Assembly (NCBI GenBank): GCA_016199525.1 | Contig: JACQGL010000185.1 | Location: forward strand, 1-57,248 | Direction: 5' to 3' | Source of the DNA: Armatimonadota bacterium | Lineage (GTDB): Bacteria > Armatimonadota > SYMT01 > JACQGL01 | Length of the DNA: 57,248 nucleotides | In this document: positions 9,747 to 19,629 of the stretch, piece by piece | How the letters are laid out: each line of letters starts with the position of its first letter | How positions within the stretch are numbered: position 1 is the first letter of the stretch | The notes under the pieces: model-generated | Told to the model about the DNA's origin: nothing | The model's database searches: none | What the model saw: the letters and a program-made list of their open reading frames with translations, nothing else | Program-made: the position numbers and the translations under genes

Positions 9747-11165
9747 TTACTCCCAACGCTTCCCCAGCAACGCCCGCCAGGGCAGGTCGGGGACCAGAAT
9801 CGCTCGCGGTCGGCCCAAGGCCGACAGGATGAGCTCTGCGCTGCGGTAACCACTCCGGACAGCCCCCTCCATGGTCGCCGGCCATCCCGTCTGCACCCAG
9901 TCCCCCGCCAGGAAAAGGCCACGCACCGGGGTAGCGGGTGGGGGGCGCAGAGCGTCCACGCCCGGTCGTGCGGAGAAGGTGGCGCGCGCTTCCTTGATTA
10001 CCGCGGCATTGACGACCCGCGCCTCCCGTGCGGCGGGGAAAGCGGCTCGCACCTCCCGTTCCGCAATCTCCAGGATTTCTCCTCGGCCACGTGGCAACCA
10101 ATCTCGGGAAGCGCTCACCACGAGGCCCAGGTGGGTCCCTGCATCATCCGGCAAACCGTAATGCCGCGTCTTGTTGAACACCCAGTGTACGGGGCGATCC
10201 ACGAGCGCAGCGTGGTCCAGGTGGGTGATCGGGCGGTCGAACCAGAGGTGGACGCCGCTGATGGGAGAGGTCTCCAGGCGGCCGCAGGCCCTGAAGAACG
10301 GATGGGCGCGAAGGCTCTCGGGCAGCAGGGAGCCTAAAACGTCGGCGGGGACGGCGGCCACCACGTAGTCGGCGGGCAGAACTTCCCCATCCGCCGTACG
10401 CACCCCCCCGATGCAATCGGGGCCGTCCCCGTTAAGGGACAGGCCCACGACGCGCACCCGCAGGCGCACCGCCCCTCCCCGTGCCTCCACCTGGCGCACG
10501 CACGGGTTGTAGAGCTCGCTGAGCGGCACGGCGGGGATGCCCATCTCGTAGGCGCGCGGATGGGAAAGGAAGCCCTCGCGGAACACCTGGAACGCATAGC
10601 TGGCGGCGCAGCGTTCCGGTTCCTCGTTCAGGGCGCTCACCAGGATCGGCCGCCAGAATCGGGCGATGGCCCCGGGCGTCTGGCCATCTGCTTTTAACCA
10701 TTCCAGTGCCGTCTGATCTGCCAGGTCCTGCGGCCAGACGCGGAGCATCCGCAGCAGGCCGCGAGCGATGGCGGCCTTGTCCGCCGCGCTCAGGAACCGC
10801 AGACGCAGAAAAGAGGGGAACAGGTGCAGCGGTGCAGGGAGGGGGGCTCCCTGGAGGACGGAGAGGCGTCCCGCGCGATCCAGGAAGTAAATACGGCGGG
10901 TCCAGCGAATCCGATCCGCCACCCCCGCGCGCCGGTAGAAGTCCTGAAGGTTCGTGCAGCCGCCCATGAGGATGTGCTGGCAGTTATCCACCAACTCCTC
11001 GGACTCCTGGGCGACAAAGGAGGAGGCACGCCCGCCGGGGAAGGAGCGCCGCTCCAGGAGCGTGACGGGGAGACCCTCTTCCACCAACGCCAGGGCGGCA
11101 GCCAGCCCGGCCAGCCCCGCTCCAATCACCACCACGCGCGGCTGCGTTCCAGAAGGTATAGCCAT
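9747..11165 (-). CDS. hpnE: FAD-dependent desaturase/oxidase, hydroxysqualene dehydroxylase (HpnE)-like
   Basis: Rossmann motif VVVIGAGLAGLAAA, GGRASS, and DNCQHILMGGCTNL followed by DFYRR, as in HpnE/phytoene-desaturase-type amine oxidases. Start chosen at ATG 11165. Confidence 0.65.
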   Translation of the reverse strand: MAIPSGTQPRVVVIGAGLAGLAAALALVEEGLPVTLLERRSFPGGRASSFVAQESEELVDNCQHILMGGCTNLQDFYRRAGVADRIRWTRRIYFLDRAGRLSVLQGAPLPAPLHLFPSFLRLRFLSAADKAAIARGLLRMLRVWPQDLADQTALEWLKADGQTPGAIARFWRPILVSALNEEPERCAASYAFQVFREGFLSHPRAYEMGIPAVPLSELYNPCVRQVEARGGAVRLRVRVVGLSLNGDGPDCIGGVRTADGEVLPADYVVAAVPADVLGSLLPESLRAHPFFRACGRLETSPISGVHLWFDRPITHLDHAALVDRPVHWVFNKTRHYGLPDDAGTHLGLVVSASRDWLPRGRGEILEIAEREVRAAFPAAREARVVNAAVIKEARATFSARPGVDALRPPPATPVRGLFLAGDWVQTGWPATMEGAVRSGYRSAELILSALGRPRAILVPDLPWRALLGKRWE

Positions 11166-11401
11166 ACAAACGGATAAGGGAAACCGCCAGGATGCCAGGG
11201 ACACCAGGATTCAGAACGACGACCACGTCATCCGGTCGTAAGCGGGCGTAGAAAACCCTGCCCAGCCGATGAGCCAACCGATCCGCCTGGTTAAGACCAC
11301 CTACTGGCCACGCCACGTATTGCCGCTTATGCGGGTGAAACCCCAGTATTTGAACGATATTGCCCCCCAGCGCCAACGCCCATCCTCCCTGCGCCGGGCG
11401 G

Positions 11402-11632
11402 CTATCCGTCCTCCCCCCGTCCCCGCGCCACCACGATGAGGGCGATCGTGGACACGAGCGCCAGGCCGGCAAAGATCACGGAGCAGCGCCCCAGCACCTG
11501 GAAGCCGAGCAGAGGCAGCGCGCCAAACACCAGGATGGCGGCCAGCAACGCCGGTTCCGGCCAGCGCGGCAACGGCTGAGAGCGCCGCCGGATCAGGGAA
11601 CCACGTGGCGAGGTACGCGTGCGCCGCAGCAT
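11402..11632 (-). CDS. Small two-helix membrane protein (76 aa), hypothetical
   Basis: ATG 11632 lies 4 nt after the aminotransferase stop. Arg-rich N-terminus, then ALLAAILVFGALPLLGF and VIFAGLALVSTIALIVV. Confidence 0.35.
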   Translation of the reverse strand: MLRRTRTSPRGSLIRRRSQPLPRWPEPALLAAILVFGALPLLGFQVLGRCSVIFAGLALVSTIALIVVARGRGEDG

Positions 11633-11636
11633 AACG

Positions 11637-12890
11637 CTACCCCAGATACGCCTGCGCCACCTTCCGAATGGCCAGGGCGCGTTCATCGCACTCCTGCTCG
11701 GTAAGGCCATCAGGAAGTCCGATGGCCACCGCACGGCCGAGATAACCCAGTGTCTGCGGGCACATGTCTTTGCTGTACTGCACGTTGCCGCGATAATGCT
11801 CGCAGGTCCAGGGGCAGCCGTGTGGGGTGTAGCCCTTCTTGGCCAGGATGTGGTCCCAGTTATAGTAGATATGCCGATCAGGGATCTCAGAATCGTACAT
11901 CGTGCCGGCGCCACAGCCCTCGGCGCGCAACGCCGCCGCGAACCGGTGCGCGGTAGCCGCATCCGGCAGGAAGATGGCGAGCGAGATGCCGCAGTCGCCT
12001 GCCTCATCAGGAATGCGCTGCAGCTGAAGGCCGGGGACATCCCGGATCTGCGCCACGAGGCGCGCCTTCGCCGCCCGCTGGCGCGCCAGGATGTCATCAA
12101 GCTTGCCGATCTGGGCCCGACCCATGGCTCCTGCCAGCTCGCTCATACGATAACCGACCCCGGGGATCACCTCCCCTTCGTACCCCTCCCAGAAGGGGCG
12201 GCCGGAATCGTGGTACATCACCGCCCGCCCAAACACTTGCAGGTTGGTGGTCACCACCGCGCCACCCTCGCCCGTGGTGATGATCTTGAAGTGCTGCAGG
12301 CTGAAGCAGCCGACGTGTCCCAGGGTGCCCAGCCGGCGGCCCCGGTAGCTGCCACCACACGCCTGCGCGGTATCCTCGATCACCAGCAGGTTGTGCTGCT
12401 CCGCCAGTGCCAACAGCTCTTCCATCTGCGCGGGCGTGCCGCGCATGTGGACGGGCATAATCGCCCGCGTCCAGGGAGTGATCTTCCGCTGCACGTCCGC
12501 GGGGTCGAGGGTGAGGGTGTCATCCACCTCGGCGATCACGGGCACGGCGCGGGCGTTGATGATCGCTGCGGCGGAAGCAATGTAGGTGTAGCCAGGCACA
12601 ATTACCTCGTCGCCGGGGCCGATCCCCAAGCCAATCAGCCCGCAGGTAAGCGCCGTCGTGCCGGAACTCACCGCCAGGGCGTAGGGCACGCCCATCTTCC
12701 GCGCGAACAGCTGCTCAAAGACCCGCACCTGCGATTCGTCTTCCCGCAGATAGCGGAACAGATTCTCGCTCTCCAGAACCTGAAGAAGCGCCTCGCGCTC
12801 GGCAGCGTCGAACCGCCGGTACGGCGGGCGCGGGGTGGTGACGGCCCTGGAGCCGCCGTCGATCGCCAGTGTATCGGTGACGGAGGACAT
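11637..12890 (-). CDS. DegT/DnrJ/EryC1/StrS family PLP-dependent aminotransferase
   Basis: 417 aa with family-typical layout. Candidate PLP lysine lies in FSLQHFKIITTGEGG. Confidence 0.85.
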   Translation of the reverse strand: MSSVTDTLAIDGGSRAVTTPRPPYRRFDAAEREALLQVLESENLFRYLREDESQVRVFEQLFARKMGVPYALAVSSGTTALTCGLIGLGIGPGDEVIVPGYTYIASAAAIINARAVPVIAEVDDTLTLDPADVQRKITPWTRAIMPVHMRGTPAQMEELLALAEQHNLLVIEDTAQACGGSYRGRRLGTLGHVGCFSLQHFKIITTGEGGAVVTTNLQVFGRAVMYHDSGRPFWEGYEGEVIPGVGYRMSELAGAMGRAQIGKLDDILARQRAAKARLVAQIRDVPGLQLQRIPDEAGDCGISLAIFLPDAATAHRFAAALRAEGCGAGTMYDSEIPDRHIYYNWDHILAKKGYTPHGCPWTCEHYRGNVQYSKDMCPQTLGYLGRAVAIGLPDGLTEQECDERALAIRKVAQAYLG

Positions 12891-13142
12891 CGTTAGCTCC
12901 TATGACGTAATACGTGACACGTAGTGCGTTACGCATTGCTCCGCTGGAGCCCTGCGCGGGTTTTAACCCCTCTACCGCATTCACCGCCATCGAGGCGAAC
13001 GCGAGGGTCGGCGTGATTGCCTGCCGCATCAGGGTAGGAAGCGGCTACGGGGGAGCCGCCGCGCATCAGGCTGGCTGCCGCCCGCGCCGCCCGGCGCTGG
13101 CGGAGGTGCGTCCTGGACCGGTCTGCTGGCGCGTGCTACACT

Positions 13143-14171
13143 ATGCGCGTGGCGGCGGGAAAACGTAACGCATCGGGGCGCAGGCGGCGGAAGGTCCTAC
13201 GCGGGATTTGCGGGGGCTACCTGTTGGCACTGCTGGGCGTCTGGGCAGTATCCCGCCTTGAGGCTGAGCACTGGTGGTTCAGCAATCTGCTGCTCTATCT
13301 GCCCCAGCTCCTGTACGGCATTCCGCTGCTGGGGCTCTTGCCGATCTGTCTGCTCCGCAAGGAGGGCTACGGGCTGCTTGCGTGCCTGGCGGCCGCCGCC
13401 CTGGTGCTGGGGCCGATGATGGGCTTCCATCTGCCGCGGGTAGGCGCCGCACCCCAGGGGGCTACGCTCCGGATAATGACCTACAACATCTGGCAGGCGG
13501 CGACCGGCGTAGAGCGGACGCTTGCCGTTATCCAGAAGGAGGCGCCGGACGTGCTCGCCCTTCAGGAGACCGCCGGCGGCCCGCGGGGGGAAGAGTTTGC
13601 CGCTGCCCTCCAGAAGCTGTTCCCCGGCTACAGCTTCCTGCGCGCCAGCGAGTATCTGATCGCCAGCCGATACCGCATCCTTGCTTCCGAAATGCGTCGT
13701 CTGGACAGCCGCGGGCGGCGGCAAACGCTCTGGGCGCAGCTGGACGGCCCTACCGGGCCCTTCAACCTGTTCGTGGTGCATCTGTATACCGCCATGCACG
13801 GAGACAACGTGGTGCTGACGCCGAGTGACCTGCCGGATTACCTGGGCCGGACCGCCAGCCTGCGCCTGCGCGAGGCTTACACCCTCGTCGGTGCGCTCGC
13901 CGACTGCCAGGGGCCGGTGGTAGTGGTGGGCGATCTGAACACGCCGCCTTATGGTCTGGTTTACTCCATCCTGACCCGCGGCCTCCGGGATGCGTTCGAC
14001 GTGGGCGGGTTCGCCTGGGGGTTCACCTACCCCGCACACGTGCCTCTCCTGCGCATCGACCATATTCTGGTGAGCGCTCGCTGGCACGTGCGACGCGCCT
14101 GGGTGGGCGGCGGTAAGGGATCGGACCACCGGCCGGTGGTAGCCGATCTCGTCCTGCCGGCGGATCATTGA
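13143..14171 (+). CDS. Membrane-anchored endonuclease/exonuclease/phosphatase (EEP) family protein
   Basis: N-terminal TM helices, then LRIMTYNIW, DVLALQE and a terminal GSDHRPVVADL motif. Confidence 0.8.
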   Translation: MRVAAGKRNASGRRRRKVLRGICGGYLLALLGVWAVSRLEAEHWWFSNLLLYLPQLLYGIPLLGLLPICLLRKEGYGLLACLAAAALVLGPMMGFHLPRVGAAPQGATLRIMTYNIWQAATGVERTLAVIQKEAPDVLALQETAGGPRGEEFAAALQKLFPGYSFLRASEYLIASRYRILASEMRRLDSRGRRQTLWAQLDGPTGPFNLFVVHLYTAMHGDNVVLTPSDLPDYLGRTASLRLREAYTLVGALADCQGPVVVVGDLNTPPYGLVYSILTRGLRDAFDVGGFAWGFTYPAHVPLLRIDHILVSARWHVRRAWVGGGKGSDHRPVVADLVLPADH

Positions 14172-14302
14172 GCGGTCGGGCGCGCCCGGAGGAAGGCGGG
14201 GGGGCCCGGAGAACTGCTAACTGCCTGCCGGCAACTCGCCCCGGCGGCCGACCGTCTTACTGGTACCGGCCAGTAATCCGTTGGCACAGTGAGGGGGGAC
14301 GG

Positions 14303-14905
14303 ATGCGGCTACGGATCCGGATGCGCAGAGCGGGTCCGCTGTTCATCGGGGCGTTGTGCCTGCTGGCGGTGCTCGCGACGCCTCTGGTGGACCCGGTCTG
14401 GTTTGGCAAGGGGCGCCAAACTGTGGCGCGGGGCCGCGGGACTACGCTAGCGGAGCAGGACCGGGATCGGGCGCGGCCCGTGCTGCCAGCGAATCTCCCC
14501 GTACCGCCGCCGCGCCGCACACCAGAGATCTTCCTATCCAGCGCGGAGCCGCCCGCCAGGGGACCGGAGACCGGGCTGGCCCGGTTCATCCTCGCTCTTC
14601 AAGCAAACCAGTGGGAGCGAGCTGCCGGTTGCCTGGCAACCACGGTGCCCGCGCGCGAGCGCAACCAGCTGCGCCACGGCCGCTGGCTGCACCCGCCGCG
14701 AGATCCTCGGGATCCGGCGTGGGTGTTCTATATGCCCCGGATCCGCCTGCGGGCGGAATCCGTCACCGACACCCAGGCAACGGTCCAGCTGATGCCGGAC
14801 AGAAACAACCCGCCGGGGGTGCCTGCCGGGGTGATGCGAGTCACCATGGTGCGGGAGGGCTCAGTGTGGCGGGTCCACCTGCGCCTCCTGGACACGGAAT
14901 CGTAG
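14303..14905 (+). CDS. Hypothetical secreted protein
   Basis: Internal ATG after GAGGGGGG. Signal-like MRLRIRMRRAGPLFIGALCLLAVLA. No known motif. Confidence 0.5.
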   Translation: MRLRIRMRRAGPLFIGALCLLAVLATPLVDPVWFGKGRQTVARGRGTTLAEQDRDRARPVLPANLPVPPPRRTPEIFLSSAEPPARGPETGLARFILALQANQWERAAGCLATTVPARERNQLRHGRWLHPPRDPRDPAWVFYMPRIRLRAESVTDTQATVQLMPDRNNPPGVPAGVMRVTMVREGSVWRVHLRLLDTES

Positions 14906-14916
14906 TAGGGGGGAGC

Positions 14917-15846
14917 ATGGGGATGGCTGGCGCCCGAGTGATGGTGGTCGGTTCATCGAATACGGATATGATCGTCCAGGTGCCGCGGCTGCCCGCGCCG
15001 GGGGAAACCATCCTGGGCGGCCGGTTCAGCGTGGCGCCCGGGGGCAAGGGAGCCAACCAGGCGGTCGGGGCGGCACGGCTGGGGGCAGCGGTGACGTTCA
15101 TCGGGCGGGTGGGCGACGATGAGTTCGGGCGCGCGCGCCTGGCGGAGCTGGCGGCGGAGGGAATCGATACCAGCGGCGTGGTGGTCGATCCCGAGGTGGC
15201 CAGCGGGGTGGCGCTAATCTTCGTGGAGGAGAGCGGGGAGAATGCGATTGCCGTGGCCCCTGGCGCCAACTGTCGCGTCAGCGTCGCGCAGGTAGAACAG
15301 GCGCGGGAGGCGTGTCGCGCTGCCGATGTGGTCTTGCTCCAGTTGGAAGTGCCGCTGCCCGCTGTTGAGCGCGCGATAGCCCTGGCGCAGGAACTCGGAA
15401 AGCCGGTAATCCTGGACCCCGCTCCCGCCCGCACAGTACCAGACGCGCTGCTGGCAGGGGTGGATTATGTGACACCGAACGAAACGGAGGCGGAGACGCT
15501 GCTGGGCGGCGGCGTGGCGGGCCTGGGAGGGGTGGCAGCGACGGCAGAGGCATTGCTGCACCAGGGCCCGGGATGCGTCATCATTACCCTGGGCAAGGAG
15601 GGCGCACTGGTGGCTACCACGAGCGAGCAGTTCCACATCCCCGGACGTAAGGTGGAGGCGGTAGATACCACGGCGGCGGGCGATGCGTTCGCCGCCGCCC
15701 TCGCCGTGAGCCTGGGTGAGGGAAAGCCGCTGCGGGAGGCGCTTCGCTTTGCGGTGGCGGCATCGGCCCTGAGCGTGACTCGCCTGGGTGCGCAGCCTTC
15801 TCTGCCCCGGCGCGCCGAGGTGGATCGTTTTCTGGCGAGCGGGTAG
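14917..15846 (+). CDS. rbsK: Ribokinase
   Basis: Internal ATG. VMVVGSSNTDM, GGKGANQAV and DTTAAGDAF motifs of the PfkB/ribokinase family. Confidence 0.85.
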   Translation: MGMAGARVMVVGSSNTDMIVQVPRLPAPGETILGGRFSVAPGGKGANQAVGAARLGAAVTFIGRVGDDEFGRARLAELAAEGIDTSGVVVDPEVASGVALIFVEESGENAIAVAPGANCRVSVAQVEQAREACRAADVVLLQLEVPLPAVERAIALAQELGKPVILDPAPARTVPDALLAGVDYVTPNETEAETLLGGGVAGLGGVAATAEALLHQGPGCVIITLGKEGALVATTSEQFHIPGRKVEAVDTTAAGDAFAAALAVSLGEGKPLREALRFAVAASALSVTRLGAQPSLPRRAEVDRFLASG

Positions 15847-15859
15847 ACCCCCGCAGAGG

Positions 15860-16720
15860 ATGCTAATGATTCAATTACGCTCGTTTGTGGTCGGTTTTGC
15901 GGCAGCGGTAGCGCTGGCGAGCGCCATCGCCGTGGCGCAGCAGAAGAGCTTCGACGACACCGTGGTGACGACGGTCAACGGGGAGCCGATCACCCGACGG
16001 CAGATGGTGGAACGCCTGCTGGAATACCACGGCGAGGCCGCGCTGCAAGCCATGGTGAACCAGGCCCTCACTCGCCAGGCCGCTAGCCAGCGAGAGGTGG
16101 CGGTCACCGATGCGGAGGTGGAGCAGAAGCTGAACGAGGTGAAGTCCAAGATCGGTAAGGATTTTAATGCGTTCCTGGTGAGCAGCAGCCTGACCGAGGC
16201 TCTGTATCGCGAGCAGATCCGCTACACCCTGCTGGCCGAGAAGACGGCGCTGAAGATTGATCCGATAAAGAGCGAAGACCTGGATCAGATCCAGGTCCGC
16301 GTGATCCTTTGCCGTGATGAGAACCACGCGAAAGCGGTGGTGCGGCAGTTGAGCGCCCCGAATATCGACTTCGGGGTGATTGCGCTTCAGGAATCGCAGG
16401 ATCCTGCTTCCAAGGGCGAAGGGGGACTCTTGCCGCCCTTCTTCCGCATCGACTACCAGGACATCTGGCACTTTGCCAGCAAGCTCCAGCCCAGCCAGTT
16501 CACGCGGGAGCCGGCGCCCGTACAGGGAGGGCAGTTCCTGATCATCAAGCTGGAGAAGCGCATCCCCGCCGCCCAGGTGAAGCCCCAGGAGAAAGAGCGC
16601 GCCATTGCCCGGATCAAGTCCTACAAGATCGACCGGCTGCTGGAGGAGCTTCATGAGCGAGCGAAGATCGAGTATCCCGTGGCCCTGAAAGACATTATCC
16701 GCGAGCCTGCTCCCAAGTAA
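15860..16720 (+). CDS. Secreted parvulin-type peptidyl-prolyl isomerase (SurA/PrsA-like)
   Basis: Signal peptide MLMIQLRSFVVGFAAAVALASAIAVA, SurA_N-like helical region, then a rotamase-like segment (VILCRDENHAKAVVRQL...GGLLPPF...GGQFLIIK). Confidence 0.7.
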   Translation: MLMIQLRSFVVGFAAAVALASAIAVAQQKSFDDTVVTTVNGEPITRRQMVERLLEYHGEAALQAMVNQALTRQAASQREVAVTDAEVEQKLNEVKSKIGKDFNAFLVSSSLTEALYREQIRYTLLAEKTALKIDPIKSEDLDQIQVRVILCRDENHAKAVVRQLSAPNIDFGVIALQESQDPASKGEGGLLPPFFRIDYQDIWHFASKLQPSQFTREPAPVQGGQFLIIKLEKRIPAAQVKPQEKERAIARIKSYKIDRLLEELHERAKIEYPVALKDIIREPAPK

Positions 16721-16795
16721 ACGAAGCGCGGAGCGCAGAATGGATGGCGGACGAGCACCGGGGGAGGGAAGTCAACGGGGTACTGCCCGCCAGGG

Positions 16796-17329
16796 TCATT
16801 CGTTTTCCGTCTCCCGTCCACCCCGTTCCGCAGTGGCGAGGCCGGCCACCATACAGCGCACATACTGAATCTGTCCGGTGTGGTAGAGGGTGTGCTCCAG
16901 GAGCATCTCAAACAGCTCCACCGGGCGGCACCGCCGCCCGTCCGCGCCCTGGCGGCGCCGGGCCAGCTCGGGATCGGTAAACCCCTCCAGAGCCGCCCGC
17001 ACGGCGGCGCACCCCTCATGGCAGAGCTGGCGGGCAGCCGCCAGATTGCCGCCCCGCCCGGCATAGCGCGCCTCGATGCGCTCCCAAGCCCAGGAGGCGT
17101 CGCCCAGGACACGGTTGATCTGGAACAGGTAGTCACCCCCAAGGTGGAAGAGGATCTCCCGGATCGAGCCGCGCATCCAGGAGAAGCCTGCGTAGGCAGG
17201 TGGAGTCCAGGCCGCTTCCTCCTCGGTGAGCCCGTCCAGAACGGCGCGCAGGGAGTGCCAGCGGCTGCCTTCCCAGGCCTGGTGGAATTGCCATAACAGG
17301 TGTTCGACCAGGGCGCGTGGTTCGCTCAT
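16796..17329 (-). CDS. DinB family protein
   Basis: Internal ATG (MSEPRALVEHLLWQF). Four-helix-bundle pattern with His residues (FHLGGD, EHTLYHTGQI) typical of DinB/YfiT. Confidence 0.75.
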   Translation of the reverse strand: MSEPRALVEHLLWQFHQAWEGSRWHSLRAVLDGLTEEEAAWTPPAYAGFSWMRGSIREILFHLGGDYLFQINRVLGDASWAWERIEARYAGRGGNLAAARQLCHEGCAAVRAALEGFTDPELARRRQGADGRRCRPVELFEMLLEHTLYHTGQIQYVRCMVAGLATAERGGRETENE

Positions 17330-17341
17330 TAATGTTGTCCA

Positions 17342-17361
17342 GTCCCGAAAGCTTTCGGGAC
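17342..17361. repeat. Perfect 20-nt palindrome GTCCCGAAAGCTTTCGGGAC
   Basis: Self-complementary. Lies between the folD stop and the DinB start (12 nt before the ATG). The 16-nt core CCCGAAAGCTTTCGGG recurs at 25215..25234. Confidence 0.7.
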
Positions 17362-17451
17362 GCGAACGAGGCAACGATGGGCGACGCATCTCCAAGCCTT
17401 GCGTTCGTCCCTTCGTTCCCTTATCCTGTGGTTCTGCCGGCCGCTGCCCCA

Positions 17452-18312
17452 TCAGGCGGATTTGAGGCCGGATTGCAGCGCCGCGGCGGTGAGCGTGCTC
17501 TTCATCAGCATGGTGATCGTCATCGGCCCCACGCCCCCCGGAACCGGCGTGATCGCGCCCGCCACGTGGCGCACCGTCTCGAAGTCCACATCGCCCACCA
17601 GGCGACCATTCTCGCGGTTGATGCCCACATCGATCACTACCGCGCCGGGGCGGACGTACTCATCGGTGACCATGCGGGCACGCCCGATGGCCACCACCAG
17701 CACCTCGGCGCGGCGGCAGACAGCGGGCAGATCACGCGTACGGGAGTGGCAGATGGTGACGGTGGCGTGCTCGTGCAGTAGGAGGAACGCTACCGGCTTC
17801 CCCACAATGTTGCTGCGGCCCACCACCACCGCTTCCTTCCCTTTCAACTCCACCCCCGCGCGCCGCAGAATTTCCATGATCCCTGCGGGAGTGCAGGGTG
17901 GCATCGGGGTGGGTCCCATCATCAGCCGTCCCAGGTTCATCGGGTGGAACCCGTCCACGTCCTTCTCGGGGGCTACCGCGCCCAGAACGCGGGCGGTGTT
18001 GATCGACTCCGGCAGCGGCAGCTGAACCAGGATGCCGTGCACCGCCGGATCATCGTTCAGCCGCCGAATGAGCGCCAGCACCTCCTCCTCGGGGGTGTCC
18101 CCGGCCAGGATATGGTCCCGCGAGGCAATCCCCAGCGACTGGGCGACGCGGAGCTTGCTACGGACATAGGTATGGGAGGCGGGGTTGTCTCCCACGAGCA
18201 GTACGGCGAGGCACGGATTGACGCCCTGCGATTGAAGATTCGTGACCTCGTCTTTCAAGTCGGCCTGGATTTGCGCCGAGATTTCCCGTCCGTCCAGAAT
18301 GACCGCTGCCAT
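17452..18312 (-). CDS. folD: Bifunctional methylenetetrahydrofolate dehydrogenase/cyclohydrolase
   Basis: 286 aa. MAAVILDGREISAQIQADLKDEV, PASHTYV..K, VQLPLP and GGVGPMTI motifs. Confidence 0.93.
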   Translation of the reverse strand: MAAVILDGREISAQIQADLKDEVTNLQSQGVNPCLAVLLVGDNPASHTYVRSKLRVAQSLGIASRDHILAGDTPEEEVLALIRRLNDDPAVHGILVQLPLPESINTARVLGAVAPEKDVDGFHPMNLGRLMMGPTPMPPCTPAGIMEILRRAGVELKGKEAVVVGRSNIVGKPVAFLLLHEHATVTICHSRTRDLPAVCRRAEVLVVAIGRARMVTDEYVRPGAVVIDVGINRENGRLVGDVDFETVRHVAGAITPVPGGVGPMTITMLMKSTLTAAALQSGLKSA

Positions 18313-18453
18313 CGGTGTTCCTTTCCGCTTGAAAGTGCGCCCTGGGGAGGCGTTCCCCGAGGGGAGAGCAGGCTATGTACAGGAGTCGCGGCGGTGCGCG
18401 CCGAAGCAAACCGGCGGGGGCGCGCCCTGGCTCCCCCCTGCTGTGCTACCGCC

Positions 18454-19629
18454 ATGCAGCCGAGATCCGGGCTTCCCGCTACCGCATCCCTGAGCCGCCT
18501 GCGCGAGATCACCGCGCTGTTCCTGAAGCTGGGCTGCATCGGCTTCGGCGGGCCGCAGGCGCACATCGCCATGATGGAGGACGAGTGCGTCCGCCGCCGC
18601 CGCTGGCTGGATCATGATGCCTTTCTGGAGGGTCTGGGGGTCTGCAACATGCTCCCCGGTCCCGCCAGCACCCAGCTGGGAATCTGGATTGGCTATGTGC
18701 GCGCCGGCTGGCCCGGGGCGATCCTGGCGGGGCTCTGCTTCCTGCTGCCCGCGTTCCTCCTGTTGCTCGCCGCCTCCTGGGCCTATTTTACTTATCGCGC
18801 CCGGTGGGACCTCGGCGCGTGGTTTTTCGGAATCAACGCCGCAGTGATAGCGCTGATTCTGCACTCGTGCTACCGACTGTCACGCAGCTCGGTGCGCCGC
18901 CCCTGGCACTGGCTGCTGGTGGGATTCGGGCTGGCGGCAACACTGGCGGGAGCGGAGATCGCGCTTACGCTGGCGCTGGCAGGGCTGGTATCGATCCTCG
19001 TGGAGCACTGGGCAAAGCAACGAGTCCGCCCTGCGGGGTTGGCGGTCGCCCCCGGGGGACTGGTGGCGCTGGCGCAGCTGGCGGCGTTCTTCCTCAAGGT
19101 AGGGGCGTTTATCTACGGCGGCGGACTGGTAATCATCCCGTTCATCCAGCAGGAAGTGGTCCGCGGGCACGGCTGGCTAACCGCGCCAGAGTTCGCGGAC
19201 GGCGTGGCGCTGGGGCAGGTAACGCCCGGGCCGGTGGTGATCACCGCGGCGTTCATCGGCTACCGGGTGGCCCAGACGCACGGCCTCTCCGGGCCCCTGG
19301 GGGCGATGGTGGCCACGGCGGCGATCTTCCTGCCGTCGTTTGCTTTCATCCTGGCGGCGGCCCCATTCCTCAAGCGCGTCCGGCGCGCGCGCATGATCCA
19401 GGCGTTCCTGGCAGGCGTGAATCCCGCCGTGGTAGGGGCCATCCTGGGCGCCACCCTGCCCCTGGCGATGGGCGTCCTGCGCGGCGTGGGTCTCCCGGCG
19501 ATCGCCGGATGGCTGGCGCTCGTCATTCTGGCGTTACTGGCGCTGCTGCGCACCCGCGTCTCCACGCCAGCGCTGGTCTTGGTCGCAGCAGCGATAGGAC
19601 ACGTGGTGCGGATGGCGGCAGGGTCATAG
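18454..19629 (+). CDS. chrA: Chromate transporter (CHR family, two-domain)
   Basis: Internal ATG. LFLKLGCIGFGGPQAHIAMM in the first half, repeated as FLKVGAFIYGGGLVIIPF in the second half. Confidence 0.85.
   Translation: MQPRSGLPATASLSRLREITALFLKLGCIGFGGPQAHIAMMEDECVRRRRWLDHDAFLEGLGVCNMLPGPASTQLGIWIGYVRAGWPGAILAGLCFLLPAFLLLLAASWAYFTYRARWDLGAWFFGINAAVIALILHSCYRLSRSSVRRPWHWLLVGFGLAATLAGAEIALTLALAGLVSILVEHWAKQRVRPAGLAVAPGGLVALAQLAAFFLKVGAFIYGGGLVIIPFIQQEVVRGHGWLTAPEFADGVALGQVTPGPVVITAAFIGYRVAQTHGLSGPLGAMVATAAIFLPSFAFILAAAPFLKRVRRARMIQAFLAGVNPAVVGAILGATLPLAMGVLRGVGLPAIAGWLALVILALLALLRTRVSTPALVLVAAAIGHVVRMAAGS

Noticed and set aside
10984-11472. 162-aa ORF spanning the gap upstream of hpnE
   Set aside because: It overlaps both the hpnE 5-prime end and the small membrane ORF. 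The middle part looks vaguely protein-like but matches no family I can name. I mention it only as a possible decayed gene in a finding.
11619-12896. 425-aa ORF on the plus strand
   Set aside because: It is an exact antisense shadow of the DegT aminotransferase gene, which carries clear family motifs.
13197-14168. 323-aa ORF on the minus strand
   Set aside because: It is an antisense shadow of the EEP-family gene.
15875-16654. 259-aa ORF on the minus strand
   Set aside because: It is an antisense shadow of the parvulin/SurA-like gene.
18313-18453. Possible ZTP (pfl) riboswitch upstream of folD, or THF riboswitch upstream of folC (38332..38471)
   Set aside because: I read both leaders on the coding strand and could not find the conserved cores, for example the CCGCCTGGGCA-type 3-prime element of ZTP. 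The folC leader has a GCGGCGG-TGAG-CCGCCGC-TTT hairpin at 38363-38383, but it is oriented for the plus strand, where no gene precedes it.
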